Shown one piece after another: positions 9,841 through 20,135 of a stretch of DNA of 49,244 nucleotides. Every line of letters starts with the position of its first letter. The stretch's first letter is position 1. A program made the position numbers and the translations under genes. The notes beneath the pieces were generated by a model, which was not told the DNA's origin, ran no database searches, and saw only the letters and a program-made list of their open reading frames with translations. This stretch comes from a virus (Duplodnaviria > Caudoviricetes): IMG/VR virus record IMGVR_UViG_3300006169_000024, positions 1-49,244 of that record, one strand, 5' to 3'.

Positions 9841-11858
9841 TGGCGATCGGAACTGCAGCAGCAATCGGCATGGGCCTTGCTGGACTGGGCTCACTGTGGA
9901 ACGCCCGGAACCAGAATCAGCAGGCGAAGCAGGCAGGTGCCTACGGGGCGCAGCAGGCTGCGGCGCTGATGGGGATGATGCAGGGAGGGCCTTCAGCCAG
10001 CGAGCTGCAGATCATGCAGATGCTTGGGGCGTTGCCTCCGGCAATGCAGGTACAGATCCCTGGGCTGGCGCAGGCGGCTGCGCCGCAGGGAGGTGGGGCG
10101 GCGAACCCTCTGGCAATGGCAATGCTCGGCGGAGGCGCAGGACTGGGCTCGCTGCTGGCGATGCAGCGTCCAGCCCTGGCATCGGGGGCAGCGCCGCAGA
10201 CGCAGGCGCCAGCCGTAGGGACTTCGCCCACGGGCGAGTCCTCGCGGTCGCTGGCAGAGATGCTGGGCTTCACGCCGCTGGCGCTGGGCCGCCCTGCCAC
10301 CATCGAGGAGGCCAATGCACAGGTGGCGCAGCAGCGTGCTGCAGCCCAGCAATGGCGCGATTCCGGCTTCGGATCGAAGGAGAACTACTACCTGAACCAC
10401 GCGCCAGGCGCGATGCGCGTGACGATGCGCTTAGGCGAGGACGGACAGCCTGCGTACTACACCGCTGGCGGCGAGTACATCGGTACGAGCCTGGACAATT
10501 TCAACAACCAGGACTGGGATCGGCTCGCTGACCCCTACCAGCAGGTAGTGCCGAACGACTACGCCGGAAATGTCTCGGCGGATCAGGCGCGGCAGAACAC
10601 CGGGGTGCCGGCTGGCCAGTTCGTCGGTGGTCCAGGAGACGACTTTCGGAACGTAGTTTCGCAGTACATGAGCAACTACGGCGATGGCGCGGCGCTGCTG
10701 GCGTACCTGGGTGGGGTGGGCGGGGAGGGCGGTGGCGGGTTCGGGGGAGGCAACCTCAACGCGATGCACGGGCCGCTGAACTACGGTAACACGCTGGGGG
10801 CTGCAGGCCAGGGAGTCGCGGCGCCGCAGCGAGGAGCGGATGTAAGTGCGATGAACGTGATGGCTCCGGACTTCGCGCCGCAGCTTTTCGCCACTGGCTT
10901 TGCGCCGGAGATGTTTAACGGCGCCACTGGAACGCAGGGGTTTAACACTGGTCAGGATTGGCTGATGCAGGCGTTGCGGGCTGATCCTCGGACGAGTGTG
11001 GACGTGAACCTCAACAGCTTGATCTCGCAGGGCGGTCAGCCCTTCGACACTTCCGGGCTCTTCGGGGCGCTGGAGGCTACGAACAACCGGCGGACGCAGG
11101 AGCAAGTGTCGGCGCTGCAGGCTTCCAGCAGCGGGCTGGGGCAACGGGTTGGTGGGGCGAAGGCTTCACAGGAAGCAAGCCTGCGGGCGCAGCTCGAGGA
11201 GCAGTTTGCGGCGCAGCGGGCGCAGATCGGGATGCAGGCCCACGAGGCGGGATTGGGGCGAGTGATGCAAACGCTGGGTATGCAGGCTGGTCGTGAGGCC
11301 CAGTGGGACGCCAATCGTCAGGCGGCTGCACAGCTTCTACAGCAGGGCGGGCTGGCGCAGCAGGGGCTGCAGTTGCAGGGTACACAGGCAAACAACGCGG
11401 CCCTCCAGGCTGCGGAGGCGCTGAGGCTGCAGGGCATCACGCAGAACAATGCCCAGAGTCAGTTTGCGGCCGACCAGGCGCTGCGTGCCCAGCTTGCGAA
11501 TCAAGCCTCTGGCTTGCAGGCTTCGCTGGCTAACCAGTCGAATAATTTCAACTTCGCCAACCTCTGGCAGCAGGGACTGATGCGCGGGCAGGAGCTGCAG
11601 CTCCAGGCCAACCAGGCGGCCTTCGGAAACCAGGCACAGCTGGTCCAGATGATGCAACAGGCTGAGCTGGCGCGGCGCGCCGGAAATATGCAGCTGATGG
11701 GGATGGCCACGCAGGCTGGAATGCCGCAGGCCGGGCCTGGCTACGGCGACGCCATCGGGGATCTGGGCACGATGATTATGATGATGCAGATGATGGGTGG
11801 GCAGCAGCAGCGAACCAGCGCTCCGGCCTACACGCCGACGATTCGGACCACCTTCTAA
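9840..11858 (+). CDS. Internal virion/ejection protein 1 (Gln/Gly/Ala-rich, 672 aa)
   Basis: TAATG coupling; hydrophobic Gly/Ala N-terminus, long Q/A helical stretches. Confidence 0.65.
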   Translation: MAIGTAAAIGMGLAGLGSLWNARNQNQQAKQAGAYGAQQAAALMGMMQGGPSASELQIMQMLGALPPAMQVQIPGLAQAAAPQGGGAANPLAMAMLGGGAGLGSLLAMQRPALASGAAPQTQAPAVGTSPTGESSRSLAEMLGFTPLALGRPATIEEANAQVAQQRAAAQQWRDSGFGSKENYYLNHAPGAMRVTMRLGEDGQPAYYTAGGEYIGTSLDNFNNQDWDRLADPYQQVVPNDYAGNVSADQARQNTGVPAGQFVGGPGDDFRNVVSQYMSNYGDGAALLAYLGGVGGEGGGGFGGGNLNAMHGPLNYGNTLGAAGQGVAAPQRGADVSAMNVMAPDFAPQLFATGFAPEMFNGATGTQGFNTGQDWLMQALRADPRTSVDVNLNSLISQGGQPFDTSGLFGALEATNNRRTQEQVSALQASSSGLGQRVGGAKASQEASLRAQLEEQFAAQRAQIGMQAHEAGLGRVMQTLGMQAGREAQWDANRQAAAQLLQQGGLAQQGLQLQGTQANNAALQAAEALRLQGITQNNAQSQFAADQALRAQLANQASGLQASLANQSNNFNFANLWQQGLMRGQELQLQANQAAFGNQAQLVQMMQQAELARRAGNMQLMGMATQAGMPQAGPGYGDAIGDLGTMIMMMQMMGGQQQRTSAPAYTPTIRTTF

Positions 11859-11867
11859 GGAGGGCAC

Positions 11868-12890
11868 ATGGCGGCAGGTGGAAGCCCGATTCAGAACTTC
11901 CTGGAAAGCTACTTCCAGATCGCGCAGTTCCAGCAGCGAGAAAAACAGATGGAGCAGCAGGCCTACCAATTTGGTAGGCAAGAGGCTTTGCAGCAGCGGC
12001 AGATGGAGAACGCGGAGCTGGAAAGCTTCGCGCAGCGGCTGCAGCAGGTACGGAATCCGCAGGAAGCACAGGCGCTGGGTCAGTTCTACGCCTCGAGGAA
12101 TCCCGGGATGGCGCCTGCCATTGGGTCGCTGATCGACAACACGGTGACGAACCTGCAGACTCAGCTGGCCAGCGCTGCGCAGAACTTCACCGACCAGCAG
12201 ATGTCCGGCGCCGCAGCTGCTGCCCTTGGCATCGGGCCTACATGGGGCCAAACGGAGCAGAGTAGGCAGTACGAACAGACCTTCGCCCGGGGGGTTAAGG
12301 AAAGTGATCGTGCCTACAACGAGAACGTTCGGCAGTTCGGTGTCAACGCTGGCTTTGAGGGCCGACGTCTGGACCTGTCGCAACAGCAGCTGGGTCTGGG
12401 ATGGGCTCAGCTTCAGCAGCAGGGAGAGTTGGGTCAGATGGGTGTGATGGCCCAGATTGGATATCTGCCCTCAATGATGGCTGGGGAGCTTTCCGGACGA
12501 AAGAGCGAGCTGCAGGCGCAGCTAGGAATGGCGCGCAATCCGGAGGCACGGGCGTCGATTCAGCGGGAAATTGACGACATAAGCGCACAGATGGGCAGGC
12601 TCGGGCAGTTCACCTCGGCATTCCTCAACCGTGGGCAGGGTGGCGGCGCCGCGGGCGGGATTGAGCTGAATCAGCTGCTGAGTGCGCGCCAGCAGGCTGA
12701 GGACAACATCCGCGAGGCGAAGGACGCCGGATCTCGGCAGGCAGCCATTGCTGGCTACGAGCAGCTTCAGAGCTTTATTGCCCAGTATCTGGGCACGGCT
12801 CAGCCGGGGCTTCGCTTTGATCCTACGTGGTTCGGTTTCGGCGGCGGCGAGGCGGTCTTCGTTCCCAACGCTCACCAGCCCAAGCGATGA
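11868..12890 (+). CDS. Internal virion/ejection protein 2 (340 aa)
   Basis: AAGGAGG RBS; Q-rich helical composition; position in the ejection cluster. Confidence 0.65.
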   Translation: MAAGGSPIQNFLESYFQIAQFQQREKQMEQQAYQFGRQEALQQRQMENAELESFAQRLQQVRNPQEAQALGQFYASRNPGMAPAIGSLIDNTVTNLQTQLASAAQNFTDQQMSGAAAAALGIGPTWGQTEQSRQYEQTFARGVKESDRAYNENVRQFGVNAGFEGRRLDLSQQQLGLGWAQLQQQGELGQMGVMAQIGYLPSMMAGELSGRKSELQAQLGMARNPEARASIQREIDDISAQMGRLGQFTSAFLNRGQGGGAAGGIELNQLLSARQQAEDNIREAKDAGSRQAAIAGYEQLQSFIAQYLGTAQPGLRFDPTWFGFGGGEAVFVPNAHQPKR

Positions 12891-15800
12891 TTAATCCAGC
12901 ATTCAGCGCCTCGGCATACGAACGCTATCGTCAGCAGCGGCAGGAGGGTCTTAACCGGACCCTCCGCCAGCTGGCTTTGTCGAGTGTCATTCGAAGTGAG
13001 CTGCCTATGGCGCCGCCGGAATGGACCTACGACATTGCTGGGCCGCTGATGCGAGAGCAGCCGGAGGAACAGGTTCGTGAACTGGTGAACGTGCAACAGA
13101 CGCTGCCCCGTGAGTACGACGAGCTTCTCGGGCAAGCCGACTACTTCGGGATTGCCAATCCGGAGCGGATGCCAGCTGACCAGCTGCTGGGGCTGGTGCA
13201 GGAGAGGTTTCGGGAGTCTCGGGAGTACTTCGAGAGGAATCCGCAAAGCGCTGCAGCTTTCAGGGACAACCTTTTCTATCTGCAGGGCTCGGCGGGACTC
13301 GATACCTTTTTGGAAACGGCACAGCGGATTCCCTTTGTGGGAGACCTGATCCACGACATGCAGGCTACCCGCGCCGCGGAACGCTGGCTGTCGCGCTACC
13401 AGACAGGCCTGGCGGCCCGTGTCGGAGAAACTCCGGCAAACATCGCAAAGGGCATAGGCACTGTGGCCAGCTATGCCGTCCCGGCTACAGCGGCGTGGAA
13501 ATTCGTTGCTGCGGCGGGGATGCTTCCTGAAGTAGCGGCAGGTTCGCGGCTGTCGGGGCTGGTGCGTGGAGCCCTCCAGGGTGGATTCAGCGAATGGCTC
13601 ATCCAGGGCGGCGGTGACGCTCCCATACCGGAGCGGGCGCTGAACATCGCCCTAGGAGCTGCCGGAGGCGCTGGCGCTGCGGCGGGCGGTACCTTCGGCG
13701 CGGCGGTTGCAGGCGGAGGCGTCGGCGCTATTGCAGGCAACGTGGCATCCGGAGGCGACCCTCGCGCCACGGCTGGTGGTGCACTCCTGGGAGCGCTTGG
13801 CGCCGCGGGCTACATGCGCCGTGCGCAGCGCAGCTTCCCGTCGAAGGCGCTGAGCATCTACCAGACTCGGGACGGCTATCGTCAGTATGGCGAGGGATTC
13901 GACTACTGGACGGACACCAGCCCGGAGGGCTACATTTCCTCCGGCCGGACCATGCTTCCCCCCGTTGGGGGTGGAGGCACGGCGCCGCTGCAGCCTCCCC
14001 CGCCGCCGCCGAAGCTCCTCCCTTCGGGAAGTCCTGCTGTGGCGGTGGTCAACGGGCAGCCGGTGCCGATCGAGACTGGACCGCTGCCTTCTCCGAAGGA
14101 TGCCTTCCTGGCGGAGTTCGATGAGATCATCAAGGCCCTGGACTTCCTTCCGCAGGAGACGGCCGCCGGACTCTATCATGCGCCCATCACTCCGCAGGTT
14201 CAGCAGACTGCAGCCTTGGCAAACGCCATAACCTACGTCCCCGTGGGACCTGGGATCATCAAGGTACCGGAGGTTGCGAAGAACTTCCAGGCTCGGGTTG
14301 GTCCTCCGGGTGCGGTTGCACCTATTTACAATTTGCAAATAGCGGGGCCGCTTCCGCAGAGTCAGGTGCAGGATACCTACTACCACGGCGGCGTACAATC
14401 CTATGAAAACATCGACCTGACGAAAGCAGGCAAGAACGACAGCGGCGCGGAGTACTCGCTCTACGGCCCGGCATACTACAGCACGAAGTCCTCGGCGGTG
14501 GCCGGTGGCTCGGGCGACTGGTGGGAGTTTGATCGGAGTCCCTACAGCGCGTGGGGGGCTGAGGGCGGTGGCTACGCTGCGGCGGGCGGGAAGATCAACG
14601 TGGACGAGGCTCAGGCCTACCAGTTGAAATTGCAGGATAACGTGCGCCGCGCTGAGGCGCGCGATCCCACGCTTATTGATGAGCTGGGCTACAAGGCACC
14701 CACCGGGATGGACTGGTTTGACTACTGGACCCCTGTGATCAGGGACAACGCCCAGTGGTCTATTGGAGTTGACGGGGTTATTGCGCCCAATGTGAGGCCG
14801 ATGCGGCTGCTCGTGAGAAATCCGTTGCGGATTGACTACGAGCTTCCGCTGGAGCAGTACGACAACATCCTCGATGAGCTGAGGAAGCAGTTTGGGGACT
14901 ATGCTGCAGACGAGTACGAGAACTCCTTCATGAATCGGGAGTTCCAGGAGGATACCGGCTACAAGTTTGCGCCTGGCGCCAATCAGGGAGGCAATGCTTA
15001 CTGGGCACTGGTGGACTTTCTGGGCGCTCGCAGCTCTGCAAACAGGTTCTTGAAGTCTGCGGGCTTCGACGGGATCATTCACTGGGGCGGACGGAAGTCT
15101 ACGCCTCACGAGGTGGTGGCTGTGTTCGATCCGTCGCAGGTATACTCGGCCTTTGGGCCTGCAGGCAAGGCGCAGATGACTGGGGTGAAGATCTATCAGG
15201 CAACAACGGCTCGTCCGCCTTCGGCGCCGCAGATCGCCGCGGCGCGCTGGGTGGAGGGGAAGCTCCAGAAACACCCCGGCGCCTATGAGATGGAGCCCGG
15301 GCTGGTGAGGGTGCCTGCGGAGAGCTTCCGTACGAGCGGCAGCGCTCCGGTGACGGACCTCTACTATCGTGGACCGCTGAGTGGCACGCAGGCTCCGGTG
15401 ACATACCACGGAGCGAAGTACGGGTTTCCCTACTGGGACATGAGCAAGGTCGGTGAGACTGACGGCAGCGCCGATGCCGCCTTCTGGGGGCCGGGGATCT
15501 ACTCTTCGGAGCTGACGAAGACGGCGGTGGGTACGCCCTCCTCCTGGGACGAGCACGTTCCGGGGCTGCCGATGAGTCAGCAGGGTCCGTATGAAACTCA
15601 GGGCTACGCGGGCGGTGGTGGGACTCCGGCGATTGCCTACGATGTCTCAAGGTATGAGGCCTCGCAGAGGCTGCTCGCGCTAGCGCAGGCGAGGGATCCT
15701 CGGTACTACGACCCGAACAATCCTGATCTGAAAGCGGCTGGGGTATTCGTCAGCAGCTACTTCCATCCACCGCAGCCTGGTGATCCCTACAGCGGTGCTT

Positions 15801-18800
15801 ACAGCGCTGACGAGTGGTGGAATACCCAGGTCTCGGACCTCAAGTGGAACATTGAGACCTTCGAGAGTGGGATAGCTAATGGTCCGACGCCCAATGCCTG
15901 GGTGATGAGGCTCAATATCAAGAATCCCTTCAATGGGGATGAGCCCATTACACAGGAGATTGCTGATAAGTTCATCCAGTACCTTACGGCAAAGAAGCCG
16001 GCGGATATCTCGAAGCTGGGCTGGGAGAAGCAGGAGGACTGGAACAGGTACGTGACGGAGATCAACGAGCTGGTTGCAGCGCGTGAGCAGTTCAGCAGCG
16101 GCAAGGATGTCTGGGGAAAGCCATATACCTCCTGGGACACGAAGCTTGGGCACCAGCCCGGAACCACGCGCCAGCTCTACAAGATCGTAGCCAACCTCCT
16201 GGGCAAGGTGAAAACCACGGAGGCCCTGAAGGAAATGGGCTACGATGGGATTCGCCACTGGGGTGAGCCTGACGGAGACGGGGATGGTTGGGTCTGGATT
16301 GCCTTCGGCCCAGAGCAAGTCTACGGGGCCTATGGCCCGGAGGGCTTCGCTGCGCCCACGGCGATTCCTGTGTATGGTGCGGCGCCGCGAGGAGTTGAGA
16401 GTGCTCCGGTGCAGTTTACTGCACAGATGGCTCACCTGGAGGCGGTGAACCTTAGCAAGCACGCCTCGCTGGTGGAGTCCCCGGCGATGGCAGACCTGGT
16501 AACGCCGGAGAGGCTCGACGATGCCGACGTCGCCTGGGCGCTGACGGAGAGCTACCCGGGGCAGGTAGGAATTCTGCGCGGCCTACAGGACCCAGAGGGA
16601 ACACTGCAGCGAATCCTGATGGAGCAGGCGCCGAACGGAGTGGGGCCGACGGACTTCCGAGTGGTGCAGCGGGGTGAAGGTTTTGATCTGCTGGTTTCCG
16701 GCGGCGTGCCCATTACCGAGAAGATGCAGCTGCAGTACGAGGCCTATGGGATGTTTGAGGGCCAGCTGGCGGTACACGGCCTCACCGGCCAGGAAGTGGT
16801 GGTGAAGAAGCTCTACGGCGGCGCCGCGCAGGTTCAAGCACCGTCGGGTGGGCCGCTGGCTGACGTGCTGATCGGCGACCTGCTTCCGCAGAAGTCCTCG
16901 TCTCTGGCCTGGGACGTGCCGGATCTCTACGACGAGTTCATGAGGTTCGCCAACGGGCTACTGCAAATGGAGGCTGTGGCTACGGCGACGAAGCCTCTGG
17001 ACTTCTTTGGGGTGGAGGCTGGGACGCAGATGGTCCGGCTGATGAACACCTACCTGAAGGCCTCCGGGGTAGATCCTCAGTCGCACTACGGCGCCGCAGT
17101 GAGGTGGAGCCTGGAACAGAAGCACATTGAAACTCTTCGGGAGTTTACCCCCGTGGAGGAGCAGGACTTCTACGCCCATGTGGAGGCTGAGTACAACGCC
17201 ACGGTGGCTAAGTACGGCACGCCGCAGCCGACGCTCTACGACCTGGCACGAGCCCGTGACATGGAGTGGCGACCGGAGGAGCGAGCCCTCGTGGATCTGC
17301 TTTCGGATGGCCAGCTCCGCATCCCGGTGGAGTCTGAACATGCGGCGAAGGTTTTCCTGGAGAACTTCCAGCGCGAAGCTCCCGACAACGCTCCGCCGAT
17401 GCCTTATCCCCTGGAGGCGGTGCCACAGGCTGTGGGCTACAGTCCCAACAGCGGCGCGGCCTTCGGTGAGTACCACAGCACACAGCAGCATGAGGACGCT
17501 CTCCTCACGATGCTGGAGTCCTACTACGCGGAAGCTGATCAGAAGTTCGGTGCCCTCGGCGGTGGCGGTGGTGGGGCTCCGCCTCCTCCGGAGCTGCCTC
17601 CCGCGGGTGGCTTCGGTGAGCCTCCGAAGTTGCTGCCCGGAACTTCGCTCACCAGCCAGCTAGGTATTGCCTACAAGAACGATCCCCGGCGGTACAACGA
17701 CCTGCGGCTGGCCGCGGCGTCGCCGGTGAGTGATTGGCTAGTGCCGATCAGGAACATCGTCATTCGGCTGGACGAGATGTTCAATAACCTGGGCGTGACG
17801 CAGGGAAATTTCTACAGCCTCGTGGCGGATCTGCAGAACGGCTACGCCACTCACGTCAACCGCAGCGCACCCTGGAAGGAGCGGGCTTACGCTGCGATCG
17901 AGCCCATACGGAACAAGTTCGTTCGGGACGGAACCCTGTGGGAAATCCTCAACGCTGAGGATCACGTCAGGGAAACGATGATGCGGGTGCAGGGATTCAA
18001 CGCCGCGGAACGCCAGGCAGTTACTCAGTGGGATGCGGTGATGAGCGAGTTTCACTCCAGCGAGGCGTTGCAGGCTTTCCCGGAAATGGGCTTCCGGCGG
18101 CATTATATTTCCTGGATGAACAAGTGGGAGAGCCAGCTACCTGGACAGACCCGTAACATCCCGGGCGAAGCCTCGTGGGGACCGGAGAATCCGCGAGGGC
18201 CTGAGCAGTCGCCGGAGCTGGAGAAAGACGTGGGGGTGATTATTCCTCGGTACTTCGACGGGTTCTTCAAGCTGCGGGAAATGAATGGTCCCTACCAGGA
18301 ACTGATGGAGCGAATCCGCCAAATCCCAGAGGATGGGCCGGAGGAGCTGTCGGGTGTGAAGCGCACCCTGGAAGGCTGGGCGAAGGCGCGCATGTGGGGA
18401 CTGGACCCCACGCACGACAAGATCGCCAACGGGGTGAGGTGGATACTCGACACTCTGGGCAAGCCTCTCGGGCTGCGAGTGACGCTGGACGATGTGATGC
18501 GAGGCTCCTACGGACTCTTCGCTGCAGGCTACCGTCAGGCCCTGGGTGGACAGCTTTCGCCCCTCATCCGGGATATGCCGCAGCTCCTCATGGGCGGTAT
18601 GCAGATTGGCCTGGACGAGACGGCGCGGGTGATGATTCAGTACATTAAAGATCCGCAGTACAGGCGCATGGTGACTGAGCGCGGACGCGAGCTGGGCACC
18701 ATCCAGGTAGGCCACATGCAAGGCGTCGATGCTGACGTGATGGGGGCCGGAGCCTGGCAGACTCAGCAGATGCAAGCAGCCTATGGGCCGGAAGCTGCGG

Positions 18801-19891
18801 CGCGGCGCGAACAACTGGCTCAGGTGGGCGACTTCCTCCAGGATCGGATTGTAAAACCAGCGGGCTGGCACGGCGGGCTGCAGGGTAAGTGGTACGATCC
18901 CCTGTTCGTGTACTCGAAGCTGGGCGACTTCGCACGGTTGATTCTGGGTGAGGTTGGCTACCAGCAGGCGATGCGCGGCATCGGGGAGTTCGGCCAAGTC
19001 TGGACCAACGCGGGCGGCGAGGCGCGACTGGCGCTGCGGCAGCAGCTTCTTAACCGCTCGCGCGTGGGCCGTTTCCAGGGAGCCATTCAGCGCAGCTTCA
19101 TGGATCGGGTGGAGGCTGGCGACTTCGAGGGCGCTGCGAAGTTCTTCGCCAACGAAGTAGCCAACTCGCAGAACATCTACGGGCTTGCGGCTCAGCCTCC
19201 AGCGTGGCGCCAGATGGGTCCGCTGACGGGCAGGATTGGTATGCGATGGAAGACCTTCACCACCCAGACGTTGGCCAACCTGGCCCAGGTATTTCGTGAC
19301 CCGAACATCAGCCTGCCGAACAAGATGGCCTTCGGCTCGCAGATCGGTGTGATGCAGATGCTCTTCGCAGGGGCTACGGCCCTCACGGGGTGGAACTTCC
19401 ACAGGATGGGCCTCTATGGCAGCATCGCCGGCACCTTCCAAACAAGTCTCTTCGACCTCACAAACGACATCCAGCGCTGGGGAGGCTGGGCTCAGACGGC
19501 AACTGGCAGCATGCCATCTCCAGACGTTCGCGCCCTCATGGGTGCGGGGAACGCAGGCACAGGGTCAGCGTTCTTCACGACGGACCCCACTCGCGCAACG
19601 TGGAATCCCTGGGGTGGTGCCATTCGCACTGCGACAGGCTTCGCGCAGGCCGCACAGTGGGGGCCGGAGGCGATAGCGCGTTTCGCTGTAACGGGTCAGC
19701 GCAGCGATCCGTGGATGGACAGGGTGAACATGGGCATCACACCTATGCCAAACGGGCAGGACGGACCCTACGCTGCGCCCTTTGCAGCGCCTACGGGCGA
19801 CGGCGAGATGGACTGGCTACGTGCCTACATGAGAGAGCCGGACCGCTCCTATGGAGTCGATCCGGCGTCCGGTGGGGCAGGCGCAATGTAG
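12887..19891 (+). CDS. Giant internal virion/ejection (polyvalent) protein, 2334 aa, with two tandem ART-PolyVal-like domains
   Basis: ATGA coupling; Gly/Ala membrane-like segment; two YHG...G.(A/G).YS...NP...LK..G(F/Y)DGI.HWG...F.P.QVY units. Confidence 0.75.
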   Translation: MINPAFSASAYERYRQQRQEGLNRTLRQLALSSVIRSELPMAPPEWTYDIAGPLMREQPEEQVRELVNVQQTLPREYDELLGQADYFGIANPERMPADQLLGLVQERFRESREYFERNPQSAAAFRDNLFYLQGSAGLDTFLETAQRIPFVGDLIHDMQATRAAERWLSRYQTGLAARVGETPANIAKGIGTVASYAVPATAAWKFVAAAGMLPEVAAGSRLSGLVRGALQGGFSEWLIQGGGDAPIPERALNIALGAAGGAGAAAGGTFGAAVAGGGVGAIAGNVASGGDPRATAGGALLGALGAAGYMRRAQRSFPSKALSIYQTRDGYRQYGEGFDYWTDTSPEGYISSGRTMLPPVGGGGTAPLQPPPPPPKLLPSGSPAVAVVNGQPVPIETGPLPSPKDAFLAEFDEIIKALDFLPQETAAGLYHAPITPQVQQTAALANAITYVPVGPGIIKVPEVAKNFQARVGPPGAVAPIYNLQIAGPLPQSQVQDTYYHGGVQSYENIDLTKAGKNDSGAEYSLYGPAYYSTKSSAVAGGSGDWWEFDRSPYSAWGAEGGGYAAAGGKINVDEAQAYQLKLQDNVRRAEARDPTLIDELGYKAPTGMDWFDYWTPVIRDNAQWSIGVDGVIAPNVRPMRLLVRNPLRIDYELPLEQYDNILDELRKQFGDYAADEYENSFMNREFQEDTGYKFAPGANQGGNAYWALVDFLGARSSANRFLKSAGFDGIIHWGGRKSTPHEVVAVFDPSQVYSAFGPAGKAQMTGVKIYQATTARPPSAPQIAAARWVEGKLQKHPGAYEMEPGLVRVPAESFRTSGSAPVTDLYYRGPLSGTQAPVTYHGAKYGFPYWDMSKVGETDGSADAAFWGPGIYSSELTKTAVGTPSSWDEHVPGLPMSQQGPYETQGYAGGGGTPAIAYDVSRYEASQRLLALAQARDPRYYDPNNPDLKAAGVFVSSYFHPPQPGDPYSGAYSADEWWNTQVSDLKWNIETFESGIANGPTPNAWVMRLNIKNPFNGDEPITQEIADKFIQYLTAKKPADISKLGWEKQEDWNRYVTEINELVAAREQFSSGKDVWGKPYTSWDTKLGHQPGTTRQLYKIVANLLGKVKTTEALKEMGYDGIRHWGEPDGDGDGWVWIAFGPEQVYGAYGPEGFAAPTAIPVYGAAPRGVESAPVQFTAQMAHLEAVNLSKHASLVESPAMADLVTPERLDDADVAWALTESYPGQVGILRGLQDPEGTLQRILMEQAPNGVGPTDFRVVQRGEGFDLLVSGGVPITEKMQLQYEAYGMFEGQLAVHGLTGQEVVVKKLYGGAAQVQAPSGGPLADVLIGDLLPQKSSSLAWDVPDLYDEFMRFANGLLQMEAVATATKPLDFFGVEAGTQMVRLMNTYLKASGVDPQSHYGAAVRWSLEQKHIETLREFTPVEEQDFYAHVEAEYNATVAKYGTPQPTLYDLARARDMEWRPEERALVDLLSDGQLRIPVESEHAAKVFLENFQREAPDNAPPMPYPLEAVPQAVGYSPNSGAAFGEYHSTQQHEDALLTMLESYYAEADQKFGALGGGGGGAPPPPELPPAGGFGEPPKLLPGTSLTSQLGIAYKNDPRRYNDLRLAAASPVSDWLVPIRNIVIRLDEMFNNLGVTQGNFYSLVADLQNGYATHVNRSAPWKERAYAAIEPIRNKFVRDGTLWEILNAEDHVRETMMRVQGFNAAERQAVTQWDAVMSEFHSSEALQAFPEMGFRRHYISWMNKWESQLPGQTRNIPGEASWGPENPRGPEQSPELEKDVGVIIPRYFDGFFKLREMNGPYQELMERIRQIPEDGPEELSGVKRTLEGWAKARMWGLDPTHDKIANGVRWILDTLGKPLGLRVTLDDVMRGSYGLFAAGYRQALGGQLSPLIRDMPQLLMGGMQIGLDETARVMIQYIKDPQYRRMVTERGRELGTIQVGHMQGVDADVMGAGAWQTQQMQAAYGPEAAARREQLAQVGDFLQDRIVKPAGWHGGLQGKWYDPLFVYSKLGDFARLILGEVGYQQAMRGIGEFGQVWTNAGGEARLALRQQLLNRSRVGRFQGAIQRSFMDRVEAGDFEGAAKFFANEVANSQNIYGLAAQPPAWRQMGPLTGRIGMRWKTFTTQTLANLAQVFRDPNISLPNKMAFGSQIGVMQMLFAGATALTGWNFHRMGLYGSIAGTFQTSLFDLTNDIQRWGGWAQTATGSMPSPDVRALMGAGNAGTGSAFFTTDPTRATWNPWGGAIRTATGFAQAAQWGPEAIARFAVTGQRSDPWMDRVNMGITPMPNGQDGPYAAPFAAPTGDGEMDWLRAYMREPDRSYGVDPASGGAGAM
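14322..14342. promoter_or_regulatory. 21-bp palindromic motif, copy 3 (intragenic)
   Basis: ctatttacaatttgcaaatag inside the giant gene, encoding PIYNLQIA. Confidence 0.75.
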
Positions 19892-19894
19892 GCC

Positions 19895-19915
19895 CTATTT
19901 ACAATTTGTAAAAAG
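19895..19915. promoter_or_regulatory. 21-bp palindromic motif, copy 4, where the two gene arms converge
   Basis: ctatttacaatttgtaaaaag overlapping the stop of the last - strand gene. Confidence 0.85.
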
Positions 19916-20135
19916 GCCAACCGGGGGGAGCAGGCTTGTAGATCAGAGCCTGCTCCCCATCCTCTCTTATGGCGAGTTCTTGGGAGGGGATGTAGACTTT
20001 GTGCTCTGTTGCAAGAGCGCTGTCCATACGAGGGCGAGGATCCTCTTCGCCCTCGTAGGTTTTGTACCACCTGTCTATGCTGCGATCCTCGGAGGGATCG
20101 TCGATGCAGATGTACTTGATAGGTTTACGTCTCAT
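19899..20135 (-). CDS. Hypothetical protein (78 aa)
   Basis: ATGA coupling with the upstream NTPase gene. Confidence 0.55.
   Translation of the reverse strand: MRRKPIKYICIDDPSEDRSIDRWYKTYEGEEDPRPRMDSALATEHKVYIPSQELAIREDGEQALIYKPAPPGWPFYKL

Noticed and set aside
9840-12890. Gln/Met-rich low complexity as a special repeat system
   Set aside because: Typical composition of podovirus ejection proteins; the portal tail and scaffold show the same.
13652-15556. Long antisense ORFs (e.g. 634 aa here, 493 aa at 22715-24196, 434 aa at 18137-19441)
   Set aside because: Shadow frames of GC3-biased genes, with no RBS or recognisable motifs.
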